DNA of 64,000 bases from Elusimicrobiota bacterium (GTDB lineage: Bacteria; Elusimicrobiota; Elusimicrobia; Elusimicrobiales; Elusimicrobiaceae), in the NCBI GenBank assembly GCA_009778915.1, contig WRFH01000004.1, forward strand, positions 37,390-101,389, read 5' to 3'. Position 1 is the stretch's first letter; each line of letters begins with the position of its first letter. Positions 18,644 to 28,087 of this stretch are shown here, piece by piece. The notes below the pieces were generated by a model. It was not told the DNA's origin and did no database searches. It was given only the letters and a program-made list of their open reading frames with translations. The position numbers and the translations under genes were made by a program.

Positions 18644-19896
18644 AATTCTAGGGTATCCTCTTCTACTTTTTTGGCTTTTTTACCCGCCATCTTTTCCCAG
18701 CGGTATATGGCGACATCGCAGTAATGTTCAGACAACTCTATGAGACGCGCCTTGCGCCCCGTACGCTCTGCGGCAAGCAAGGTAGAACCGCTGCCGCCGA
18801 ATGGGTCAAGTACGATATCGCCGATTTTAGAGGCATCCAAAATCAAATCTGCGAGCAGTCCGACAGGTTTAACCGTTGGATGAAGCTTTATATTTTCTTT
18901 ATTAAGCTTGTTGTTTATAAAAATACCCGGGTAGTCGATAACATTCGTCCGATAGCGGCCCTGAGCCCCTAGGTTTATATTGTTTGTGTGCGGAGCGGTA
19001 CCGTTTTTATAGACGAAAATAAATTCGTGCTGGGAACGATAAAGACTGCCCATGCCGCCAGACAATTTGTTCCAAATCAGAACGTTTTTAAACTCTGTAA
19101 AGATTTTTTTGGAAGCATTTGTAATTTCTTCTATGTGACGCCAATCTTGAAAAATATAGTGCAGGGAACCATCCGTGGAAAAATTCGCCATATGTTCAAA
19201 AGCCGTTCGCAGGAACGCCGTAAACTCTTCGGAAGAAAGTTCTCCCGACGCCATGATAAACTCGGTATGTTTCGTTTTACCTCTACCGCAGATATGCCCT
19301 TTAACCTTGACGTCATAAGGTGGATCCGTTACGATAATATTGGCCTTTTCTTGGCCGAGAAGCGTTCCGTAAGAACCTGCGTGAAGAGCGTTCCCGCAAA
19401 AAAGTTTATGCGAGCCCAACTGCCATAAATCTCCAAGCTCTACTCTTTTAGGAATGTCCTTCCCCGGCCAAGCGTCAATTTCTTCATTTTTAGGCTGTTC
19501 TTTGTTTAAAAGTAAATCGACCTCGGCGGTCGCCAGACCCGTTAGCGTTACGTCGAAATTGGGATCACTAAGAACAATATCCTCTACTTCTAAAGCCAAA
19601 ATTTCTGGGTCCCATGAAGAGTGCTCGCCAATTTTATTGTCCGCCACCACGTAGGCTTTCTTCTGAGTTTCGCTCAAATTTTTTAGCCTTACTATAGGAA
19701 CTTCCTTAAGAGCCAATTTTTGAGCGGCTAACAGGCGTCCATGCCCTGCCAAAACCATATTCTTTTCGTCGATGATGATAGGCGCGGTAAATCCGAAATG
19801 TTTTATACTTTGACAGATTTCCTCGATTTGCTTCGCGCTGTGCTTCCTCGGGTTTCGGGCGTAGGGTTTTAAAGCTTCAATACTCATTTTTTCCAT
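18640..19896 (-). CDS. ParB-like domain fused to N6/N4 DNA methyltransferase
   Basis: LKPYARNPRKHS, LAGHGRL, ADNK; TDPPY, HPTVKP, DPFGGSGST. Confidence 0.93.
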   Translation of the reverse strand: MEKMSIEALKPYARNPRKHSAKQIEEICQSIKHFGFTAPIIIDEKNMVLAGHGRLLAAQKLALKEVPIVRLKNLSETQKKAYVVADNKIGEHSSWDPEILALEVEDIVLSDPNFDVTLTGLATAEVDLLLNKEQPKNEEIDAWPGKDIPKRVELGDLWQLGSHKLFCGNALHAGSYGTLLGQEKANIIVTDPPYDVKVKGHICGRGKTKHTEFIMASGELSSEEFTAFLRTAFEHMANFSTDGSLHYIFQDWRHIEEITNASKKIFTEFKNVLIWNKLSGGMGSLYRSQHEFIFVYKNGTAPHTNNINLGAQGRYRTNVIDYPGIFINNKLNKENIKLHPTVKPVGLLADLILDASKIGDIVLDPFGGSGSTLLAAERTGRKARLIELSEHYCDVAIYRWEKMAGKKAKKVEEDTLEL

Positions 19897-19977
19897 AAAA
19901 AATCTCCTGTAGGATAAACTACAGGAGATATTATGCACCAAAATACTTTTTAAGCCCATTTCAACTTTTGTACTACA

Positions 19978-20679
19978 TTACTTTACGTCCATAGCTGATT
20001 CAAGTTTTTTATGAATACGATGCTTATCTACAGATATTTTTTCCTCAGATAAATTCTGTTCATTATTTTTAGCTATATATTTTGGATCGTCCATAATATC
20101 TTTACGTGTTTTACCGGTATTTTCAGAAGCCAATAGCACATCAGCATCTCTATGAAGGTTTAAATTTAAGGTAGGCATTTCTTCTAATAAAGCTCTTATA
20201 TATTTACTGTTTGAGGCTAAAAATCGCGAAATTTCCCGCATGGATTTATTACCGCGAATTACCAACGACACTTCGTTCTTACCATTATTTTTATTTTGTT
20301 TTACCGTTATCCCGGCGTTTTCCGGCAAGACAAACCCAAACGTCATCGTAACAAAATTTTTACTTATAATAGGATCAAGAACCAATCCTTTTTCCCCTAT
20401 AGCCGGCGTATAAGAGTAGTCCTTATCAAGTCCATCTAAGTTCATGCGCCCCAGTTCTACTTCTCTAATAAGCTCCTTGGGAGTAATTTTTCTTATTTTG
20501 GCTATCCCCTTTTTTATCTTATTAAACCTTGGCTCTTTATCAAAAAATGTCGAAAAATTTTCAAAATCTTCTTGGGTGTAGCCTAAATAACCTTGCTTCA
20601 TAAGGCTTTGAATTTCTTTAAATGTCTTAGCTTGAACCAAGCCAGTTTTATTCCTAAGAACAAAAATTAGATTTCCCAT
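19978..20679 (-). CDS. Hypothetical protein
   Basis: Long ORF with AGGAGG SD before MGNLIF. Confidence 0.65.
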   Translation of the reverse strand: MGNLIFVLRNKTGLVQAKTFKEIQSLMKQGYLGYTQEDFENFSTFFDKEPRFNKIKKGIAKIRKITPKELIREVELGRMNLDGLDKDYSYTPAIGEKGLVLDPIISKNFVTMTFGFVLPENAGITVKQNKNNGKNEVSLVIRGNKSMREISRFLASNSKYIRALLEEMPTLNLNLHRDADVLLASENTGKTRKDIMDDPKYIAKNNEQNLSEEKISVDKHRIHKKLESAMDVK

Positions 20680-20729
20680 AATATCCTCCTTTAACAATCA
20701 TAGCAGGATTTTATGGGAAAATCATATTT

Positions 20730-21680
20730 TTAATAAAAGAATAAGTCTTTTGCTTTGTCCCCGAGGGAATACGGTCTGAAAGCATTAACTGTGTTGAAAG
20801 CCCCTATAACTGATGTATATTCATATAATCCTGCGTATGTAAAAAGCGTGCCGTTTAAGTGAGCTCCGTTTACATAAGGCTCGTTGGTGTATACAAAAAT
20901 TATTTTGTTAAAACTTAAAGGAGCATTATAATCACCGGTCACTAACACGCCGTCTTTATTTCTTGAAAGAATACTGTTGTAATATGAAAAATCATTACCA
21001 TAAATACAGTTTTTGTCAGGCCTTATATCAAAGTTGGTACTTAAAAAATGTGATATAGTGATATGACAAACGACTTTTCCGCCGGATCTCTTTTTAAAAA
21101 TCTCTTCATCCTTTGCATAATAATACTCTTGCAGCATCCTGGCAGATTTATCGAACTTATCTATATTTTTTTGTGCATTTTGGAGCAAAGTATAACTATT
21201 CATAGGGTTATTGGCGGTACGCTCCTCGTATTTTTTAAAAAACTCATTGGAAGATGTTGTACCCAAATCAAGAATTAAGCCAAACCTACATCCATTCGGG
21301 CAATATTCTTTACTTTTTGACTCAAAGTAATTATTAAGATTGCCATAAATATCATGGCTCAATGTAGAAGTATTTTTAAATTTTTCAGGACACTGTTTCA
21401 AATCATTGTAAGCATTAAGAGCTTTTTGAGTACTTTTAGCTTTATCCAACCCTAATGCATCTAAAAGACTATTAATACTTTCCGTATTTTCATTAGAAGC
21501 AACAATTTTACAACTCTCCGGGATGTTCGCCATGATTTTATCATTTTCTTCTTCAATAGTAGCAATCCCATCCCAATAGTTTTCAAGGTTATTACATTTG
21601 CAACTTCCTAAAACTAGTGGCTTAACTGTGGAACAGCCGCACATAAATGAAACTATAATCATAAATAGATATTTTTTCAT
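20730..21680 (-). CDS. Putative lipoprotein
   Basis: MKKYLFMIIVSFMCGC lipobox-like signal; AGGAG SD. Confidence 0.7.
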   Translation of the reverse strand: MKKYLFMIIVSFMCGCSTVKPLVLGSCKCNNLENYWDGIATIEEENDKIMANIPESCKIVASNENTESINSLLDALGLDKAKSTQKALNAYNDLKQCPEKFKNTSTLSHDIYGNLNNYFESKSKEYCPNGCRFGLILDLGTTSSNEFFKKYEERTANNPMNSYTLLQNAQKNIDKFDKSARMLQEYYYAKDEEIFKKRSGGKVVCHITISHFLSTNFDIRPDKNCIYGNDFSYYNSILSRNKDGVLVTGDYNAPLSFNKIIFVYTNEPYVNGAHLNGTLFTYAGLYEYTSVIGAFNTVNAFRPYSLGDKAKDLFFY

Positions 21681-21682
21681 TT

Positions 21683-22219
21683 TTATTCTCCTTTTAACAA
21701 ATCAAATCTGTTAAAATAATCCTGCTTTGAGAGGATTTTGTCGCTGCCATTGCCTATTCTCATAACCTCTCCTTTTGCTTTGTTGTTTTCTATTACAACA
21801 TCTTTTGAGGAAAGAAGGTATTCAATTACTTTATCCGCAGGGACAACGTAAATATATGGATAATCAGGATATTTTTTGTCTTCTGAAGAACCAAAAAACA
21901 CAAAGCAGAAAAATATTTTTCTGCCTTTATAATCCTCTTTTCTATCCAGGACGTTGTCCACCTTCCAATATTGGTAATTCCCCCAGAAATCTTTTTTACT
22001 TTTAACATATTTATCTCTCTGCAATGTCGTTTTAACTTCAATGAGAAACGGGGTTTTGCTATTAGGATTTTGGACGAAAATATCAAACCCCTTCGTATTG
22101 TTTAATGATATTGAAGCGTCAAACCCCTCCTTATATAGCCTTGATAGAACGGCAAACTCTCCTGCAAGGCCACTTTTGTTTGTATTTATATTTTCGGGTA
22201 TAATAGTTGTTGTTCCCAT
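21683..22219 (-). CDS. PD-(D/E)xK nuclease-like protein, paralog 2
   Basis: SGLAGEFAVLSRL...GFDIF...IEVKT. Confidence 0.75.
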   Translation of the reverse strand: MGTTTIIPENINTNKSGLAGEFAVLSRLYKEGFDASISLNNTKGFDIFVQNPNSKTPFLIEVKTTLQRDKYVKSKKDFWGNYQYWKVDNVLDRKEDYKGRKIFFCFVFFGSSEDKKYPDYPYIYVVPADKVIEYLLSSKDVVIENNKAKGEVMRIGNGSDKILSKQDYFNRFDLLKGE

Positions 22220-22222
22220 TGT

Positions 22223-22774
22223 TTATTCTCCTTTTTTATGCCCTTTATGGGTTAATAAGGAAAAATTATTTAAATAATGATTCCAGTCCAGCACATCTTT
22301 TCCAAAACCGATTCTCAGCGCAAAATTTTTCTTTACGCCTTTGCCCGGAGATTTTGTACGCGCGTCTCTTATATAAGACAAAACTTCTCTTCCGGGTACT
22401 ATAAAAATATAAGCATAATCTGGTTTTCTGTCTTCGGGTTGTTTCGCCACTATTCCGGCCACTTCTTCTTCATTGGGGAACCAAACAAAAGCAAAAATTT
22501 TTTTGTTATATTTTCTTTCTTGGTCAAATATTTTTTCGCCCACATTCCAAAAACAATGCTTGCCCCACTTACCGCCGTAAAGCGATTTCATGTAAGAAGC
22601 TGTTTTAACTTCAATTTGAAACTGCTCGCCGGTCTTGTTATTAACAGCAAGGATATCAACGGATTTAGTGTTCCCAAAAGTCAAGGAAGCGTCAAATCCT
22701 TTTTGCGCTAAACGTGAAAGCACCGCAAACTCTCCTGCAAGACCACTTCTGTTGTTATCTATATTTTTAGGCAT
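22223..22774 (-). CDS. PD-(D/E)xK nuclease-like protein, paralog 1
   Basis: SGLAGEFAVLSRL...SVDIL...IEVKT. Confidence 0.75.
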   Translation of the reverse strand: MPKNIDNNRSGLAGEFAVLSRLAQKGFDASLTFGNTKSVDILAVNNKTGEQFQIEVKTASYMKSLYGGKWGKHCFWNVGEKIFDQERKYNKKIFAFVWFPNEEEVAGIVAKQPEDRKPDYAYIFIVPGREVLSYIRDARTKSPGKGVKKNFALRIGFGKDVLDWNHYLNNFSLLTHKGHKKGE

Positions 22775-22800
22775 AATGCCTCCTATTTTTTCTTTTCCTT

Positions 22801-22832
22801 ACATACAGCCTTACTTTCCGCAGCAAGTCAAG
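22801..22832 (-). promoter_or_regulatory. Repeated upstream motif, degenerate copy 4
   Basis: acatacagccttact-N9-aagtcaag. Confidence 0.5.
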
Positions 22833-22903
22833 TAAATAAATTTTTTGAATTCGAATATGATACCTATTTGTCGGCAAAGTAAGTTAAGATATAAGTGTAA
22901 AAA

Positions 22904-23066
22904 CAGCCAATAAAAAAGGCGGCTATCATTTTCGAGGGATTCGAGACACTCTAAATGATACACCGCCTCCCTGACCTCTTACGAGGCAGGGAATTGGCTG
23001 ATCACTTTGGTTCTCGAATCCGCACGCCTGTTTTTCAGGTGTGCTGTGATACTTTTTTAAGTATCA
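22904..23066 (-). ncRNA. Structured RNA, C4/CI-antisense-like with upstream target hairpin
   Basis: Nested stems CAGCCAAT/ATTGGCTG, AGGCGG/CCGCCT, TATCATTT/AAATGATA, CCTC-GTAA-GAGG (GNRA on minus); 10-nt complementarity 22937-22946 with 23012-23021. Confidence 0.65.
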
Positions 23067-23279
23067 ACATCTGGGATCAAAAATTTTTATAAAATAGTTT
23101 GTTCTTTTTCAGACTCCTTTTACTTCTCTATTTTTATTTTAGCAATAATATTCCGGAAATGATACTGATGCAATATTTTAGTCTTATATTATTATAGTAT
23201 TATATTCACATGATATTTTGTATAATGCGCGGGAGGGATATTTTATATAATAAATGTATATATTACGTAGGGGTTCCAA

Positions 23280-24515
23280 ATGGTTGAAAAAAAATTTATA
23301 GATTTGTTCGCAGGCTGCGGAGGGCTATCTTTGGGATTAATTAATGCCGGATGGAAGGGGATATTTGCCATAGAAAAATCTCCTGATGCATTTCAAACCC
23401 TAAAACACAACCTAATTGATCAAAAAGTAGTAAACTCTTTCAACTGGCCAGTCTGGCTCCCCTGTGAAGCTATGACAACATCTTTTCTATTAGAACACTA
23501 TATCGATCAACTTAAAAACCTTCAAGGAACTATTGAATTAATTGCAGGAGGACCACCTTGTCAAGGATTTTCTATTGCAGGCAAAAGAAAGCCAGATGAT
23601 CCACGGAACTCTCTAACAGAAGAGTATATTCGTGTTGTAGACTTAGTTAAACCAAAATTTTTGTTACTCGAGAATGTAAAAGGATTTAAAGCTGCATTTA
23701 AAATAAAAGGATCTAAAGAGCAAAAAGTATATTCTAAAATAGTAAAAAGCAAGTTGGAAGAAATAGGATATATCGTATATGACCAAATGTTAAATGCGGC
23801 TGATTTTGGCGTCCCACAAATTCGAGAGAGATTTATAATGATTGCTGTCCAAAAGGATATATATCGTGAGAACGAAAACCCCTTCATTTTTTTAAATAAA
23901 AATCTTGAAGAATATCTAATAAATAAAAACCTTTATAGAAATAAATATACCACGACAAAACAGGCTATCTCTGACCTAGAGACAGATTGTAGAGAATTAG
24001 TTGATTGTGAAGATTTCAAGAATTTTAAACAAATAAAATATTCTCCCAAAAACTTAACTAAATACCAGAAACTAATGAGAGAACATACTAATTCAGAAAA
24101 GAATCCCAACAGTTTGCGTTTAGCGAAACATAGAAACAATACTAAGAATAGATTTAATCTTATCTTAAACAAGTATGAAAAGGGCAAAAATATACCAAAA
24201 ACCGATTTAGAGAGTTTTGGCACCAATAAACAATGTTTTACTCCCCTGCACCCAAATCTCCCTTGCAGAACAATAACAACATTACCTGATGATCTGTTGC
24301 ACTATAGCGAGCCTAGAATATTAACTGTTAGAGAAAATGCTAGGATTCAATCTTTTCCTGACTGGTTTGATTTTCTAGGAAAATATACTACTGGTGGAGA
24401 TAGACGAAAAAAAGAATGTCCGAGATATACACAAGTTGGAAATGCTGTGCCTCCGTTGATGGCCGAAGCCTTAGGTACTGTTTTGCTTAAATTGGAGGTA
24501 GAATATGGCAGATAA
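23280..24515 (+). CDS. C5 cytosine DNA methyltransferase
   Basis: FIDLFAGCGG, GGPPCQGFS, ENV, PQIRER, QVGNAVPP. Confidence 0.95.
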   Translation: MVEKKFIDLFAGCGGLSLGLINAGWKGIFAIEKSPDAFQTLKHNLIDQKVVNSFNWPVWLPCEAMTTSFLLEHYIDQLKNLQGTIELIAGGPPCQGFSIAGKRKPDDPRNSLTEEYIRVVDLVKPKFLLLENVKGFKAAFKIKGSKEQKVYSKIVKSKLEEIGYIVYDQMLNAADFGVPQIRERFIMIAVQKDIYRENENPFIFLNKNLEEYLINKNLYRNKYTTTKQAISDLETDCRELVDCEDFKNFKQIKYSPKNLTKYQKLMREHTNSEKNPNSLRLAKHRNNTKNRFNLILNKYEKGKNIPKTDLESFGTNKQCFTPLHPNLPCRTITTLPDDLLHYSEPRILTVRENARIQSFPDWFDFLGKYTTGGDRRKKECPRYTQVGNAVPPLMAEALGTVLLKLEVEYGR

Positions 24516-26856
24516 TACTCTTTATTTTAAAGCAAATGCTGGTTTAAAAGATATTCTTGGAAAAGGGCTAATATATGATGACAATGTTGCTATAATAGAG
24601 CTAATTAAAAATGCTAAAGATGCCAAATCTCCAAAAGTTAAAATTAAATTTGAAGACGAAGGCAAAATTTCAAAAAAATCCTCACTAACTATAACCGATT
24701 TTGGTTCTGGTATGTCTATTGATGATATAACATGGAAATGGCTCAATATGGCATATTCCGAAAAAAAGGATCAGCCTCTCAGTAAAGGTTTTGCCGGAAG
24801 CAAAGGTATAGGAAGATTTAGTTGTGATAGACTAGGGAAAGAGCTCATTATATTCACAAAATCTTCAAAAGGCGAATATATTAAATTCCCTATTGAGTGG
24901 ACTAAGTTTGAAAATAAAGGAAAAGAAGACCTAATTTCAAACATACCATTAACATATGAGATTTTAGATAAAAAAAGTTTTCTTTCAGAGATAAAAGAAA
25001 AAGATTTCACTACAGGAACTGTACTAAAAATAAAAGAACTTAGAAGTGATTGGCCATCATCTAAATTGAAAAAGCTAATAAGCGAATTAGGAAAGTTTTC
25101 TCCATCGTTGGATAATGGTTTTGAGGTTGAGTTGTATTCCGATAATAGAGATTTAAAGGGGCTTGTAAACAAGAGAATAAATAAAGACATCTTTGATAAG
25201 CTCTCATTTAAAACTACATATATAAAATCAAACATAGATAAAAATGGAAAAAACATTGAAACCACTTTGTTCTATCAAGGGAATCAAGTTTATAATTATT
25301 CGATACCTAACCCTTATAAACTTCTGAAAAATATTAATATTGAAGTTCATTATTTAGACACATTATCAAAAATGTATTTTACTAAAAATTTTGGAATCAA
25401 CCCTGTAGAATATGGTTCCATTTTTTTATTCTATAACGGTTATAGGATATCGCCTTATGGTAATATAAAAAATGATTGGCTTGGTTTGGACCAACGCAAA
25501 TCTCAAGGCACTAACAGATTCTTGGGAACGAGAGAAATTCTAGGTAAAATAAACATAGTGGATGAAGATAATACTTTTTCAATAATTACAAGTCGTGAGG
25601 GCCTTGCTCACACAAAATCTTTTCAAGAATTAGTAGCATACGATAAAGAAGAAAAAACTACAATCAATGAAAATGATGAATCTTATGGCTACGTTACTGT
25701 GATAATAAGACAGTTAGAAAACTTTGTTGTTACCGGATTGGACTGGGATAGAATTATAGACAAATTTAACCCCAATAGAACTGGAGCTATTAATGAATTA
25801 GATATAATTTCTGACCCTAGCAATTTTGAACTTAAAAAAGCAAATGAAGAAAATATTGAAAAAATATGTAATCGTTTACTAAAGTCTAAATGGAAAATAA
25901 AAAATCTTACCATTAACACTAATCTTTTAAAGGATATCTCTAAGATTTCAGAAGAAAAATATGATAAATTTGTTGATGATTTTAAAGGTATTCTAAAATC
26001 AAAATCCATACAGAGCCTCTCTGTAAGAGAAAAAGGTGCTCTTGTCAAGATAATTGATAGTGAACAAGGAAAAACAAAGAAAGCTTTGGAAGAGCTGAAT
26101 GTAGAAAGTGGCCTTAGGCAAAAAGCAGAAGCGGACAAACTTATTGCTTTACAATTGGCTGAAGCAGAGAAGAAAAGAAGTCAATATTTTGAAGACCTCA
26201 TTTCTCCAGAACAAAATCTAGATGCTTTGATTACCCACGTTATCAAACAAATATCAGGTGGTATTGAAAGCAATGTAAAGGCTACGCTTTCCACTTATTA
26301 TAAAAATCCAGACCATGTTTCCAAAGAAGAACTTGTTGAAATACTTGAGGATGTTGCATTTGATATTTCTACTATAAAAGAATCGGCAATAATGTCCAAG
26401 AACGCTAATTTTAACATGAAAGTAAACACTATAAAAGCTGATTTGTTCGCATTCATAAAACAATATATAGATAAAATAGCTTCTAGAGAGAAAAAATGGG
26501 AATTAGAAATTTCTTATACCAATACACAAGATTTGGAAATGAATAAAGTTTTTTCCCCACCAGAAATAGCAGTTTTATTGGCTAATATTTTTGACAATGC
26601 TCGCAAAGCAAAAGCCAACACATTGAATATCTCTTTCCATCCAAATAAAATAATTTTTACCGACGATGGTAAGGGCCTCTTGCCTGATGTTCCATATAAT
26701 AAATTTTTTGAGAAAGGCTTTTCTTCTACAGATGGAGGATTTGGTCTGGGATTATACCACTCAAAACTTATAGCGAATAATCTGGGCGCAATTATAAGAA
26801 TTGAAAATAACAAAGATAGTAAAGGCGCAAAAGTTATCTTGGAGTTTAAAGGATGA
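24505..26856 (+). CDS. GHKL (MORC/MutL-like) ATPase fused to C-terminal histidine kinase
   Basis: N-term ELIKNAKDA, DFGSGMS, GSKGIGRFS, TGT; coiled linker; candidate H-box ITHVIKQ, NIFDNA, DDGKG, FEKGFS, GFGLGL. Confidence 0.88.
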   Translation: MADNTLYFKANAGLKDILGKGLIYDDNVAIIELIKNAKDAKSPKVKIKFEDEGKISKKSSLTITDFGSGMSIDDITWKWLNMAYSEKKDQPLSKGFAGSKGIGRFSCDRLGKELIIFTKSSKGEYIKFPIEWTKFENKGKEDLISNIPLTYEILDKKSFLSEIKEKDFTTGTVLKIKELRSDWPSSKLKKLISELGKFSPSLDNGFEVELYSDNRDLKGLVNKRINKDIFDKLSFKTTYIKSNIDKNGKNIETTLFYQGNQVYNYSIPNPYKLLKNINIEVHYLDTLSKMYFTKNFGINPVEYGSIFLFYNGYRISPYGNIKNDWLGLDQRKSQGTNRFLGTREILGKINIVDEDNTFSIITSREGLAHTKSFQELVAYDKEEKTTINENDESYGYVTVIIRQLENFVVTGLDWDRIIDKFNPNRTGAINELDIISDPSNFELKKANEENIEKICNRLLKSKWKIKNLTINTNLLKDISKISEEKYDKFVDDFKGILKSKSIQSLSVREKGALVKIIDSEQGKTKKALEELNVESGLRQKAEADKLIALQLAEAEKKRSQYFEDLISPEQNLDALITHVIKQISGGIESNVKATLSTYYKNPDHVSKEELVEILEDVAFDISTIKESAIMSKNANFNMKVNTIKADLFAFIKQYIDKIASREKKWELEISYTNTQDLEMNKVFSPPEIAVLLANIFDNARKAKANTLNISFHPNKIIFTDDGKGLLPDVPYNKFFEKGFSSTDGGFGLGLYHSKLIANNLGAIIRIENNKDSKGAKVILEFKG

Positions 26857-27800
26857 AAATAGAATATAAAATTCTATGGATTGACGACAATCATAGACAT
26901 CTGAAAGGGATAAAAAAAGTAATATCTGATTTTATAAAACAACAAGAAATTATACCTAATATAAAAAATATAACAGCTAATCCGGATTGGACTCCAGATA
27001 ACGATAAAGAGTTTATTGACGCTATAAAAGACATTGAATTAGATATGGTATTTATTGACTTTAATATGCCTGGCGCAATGGGTGACGACTTAATCAATTG
27101 GATAAGAACTTCTGAAAACAATTATCATATTCCGATACTTTTTTATACTGGGGAAGATGATCCAATAAGCACTTTGCAAGACAAAATAATAGCTCTTAAT
27201 AAAAGAAAAAGAACAAAAATAATTGATGGAATATATTTTTCAGATAGAGATAATATTGCGGATAAAACAATCAATATCCTTAAATCACTCTTTAAAAAAG
27301 AAGAGAGTATTCAAAGAAGCCGTGGGCTATTAATGGATAGAGTAAGTGAAATTGACGGTGAAATGATAAATAGTCTTGATCTGTTGTGGAAAAAAATACC
27401 CGCTGGCAAAGAAGGAGCAATAAAAGGCTTCCTTATAAAAAACATAAAACAATTTGGAGAACACAGTCTAGAACTAGCAGAAAAAATTAAAAATAATAAA
27501 TTTTCTGAAGTATTAAAAATAATAAACAAAAAACATAATACAATAGGAACAGCCTTAAGAACATCAACCCTTGTTCAGCTATTAGAAGCTACAAAATCTA
27601 AAAAAGACCTCTCTCAAAAACTAAAATGTTTTAGCAATTCATCAGACAAGAATTGTCTTTGTTCACTACGAAATAGATATGCCCACACGACTGCTAAAGA
27701 GCTAGATAAAGAACATAATACAACTTTATGTAAATATATCAGAAAAGAAACTAGAGAGCAGTTGGAAAATGTCAAACAGATAATAGCCCAACAAAAATAA
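26853..27800 (+). CDS. Receiver domain fused to putative HEPN effector
   Basis: ILWIDDN, VFIDFNMPG (phospho-Asp), FYTG; C-terminal LRNRYAH R-X4-H motif. Confidence 0.8.
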   Translation: MKIEYKILWIDDNHRHLKGIKKVISDFIKQQEIIPNIKNITANPDWTPDNDKEFIDAIKDIELDMVFIDFNMPGAMGDDLINWIRTSENNYHIPILFYTGEDDPISTLQDKIIALNKRKRTKIIDGIYFSDRDNIADKTINILKSLFKKEESIQRSRGLLMDRVSEIDGEMINSLDLLWKKIPAGKEGAIKGFLIKNIKQFGEHSLELAEKIKNNKFSEVLKIINKKHNTIGTALRTSTLVQLLEATKSKKDLSQKLKCFSNSSDKNCLCSLRNRYAHTTAKELDKEHNTTLCKYIRKETREQLENVKQIIAQQK

Positions 27801-28030
27801 TCCCTGATATTCCCTGTTGTGGAATTTAGGGAATTTTGGGTGTCACCATAGTGAGAAATAGATAAAAAAGCTGGAAAATAGGGCTAAAAGTGCCTTTTTT
27901 TATGAATTTCGCTGTAAATTGCGGGAATATCAGGGATTTCAAGGTTTTACTCCAAGAAAAGCACATCAGGACACAAAACAACAGGCCAAAAACGGCATTT
28001 TACCCTGTTTTTGGCCTGTTAGCAGGGTAA
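27799..28030. repeat. Inverted-repeat array at the element right end
   Basis: 16-bp IR 27799-27814/27923-27938; 14-bp IR 27980-27993/28007-28020; TTACCCTG/CAGGGTAA. Confidence 0.75.
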
Positions 28031-28087
28031 GCTCGCAGCCAGCAATAGTCCCCGTCTTGTATGCTCCGGGCGGTCACTATTTAGTAC

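Noticed and set aside
16759-19896. Intact prophage call from the terminase
   Set aside because: No portal, capsid, tail or lysis genes between the att sites.
9104-22832. Repeated motif as a CRISPR or integron attC array
   Set aside because: Copies are kilobases apart, with no cas or intI gene and no attC-type symmetry.
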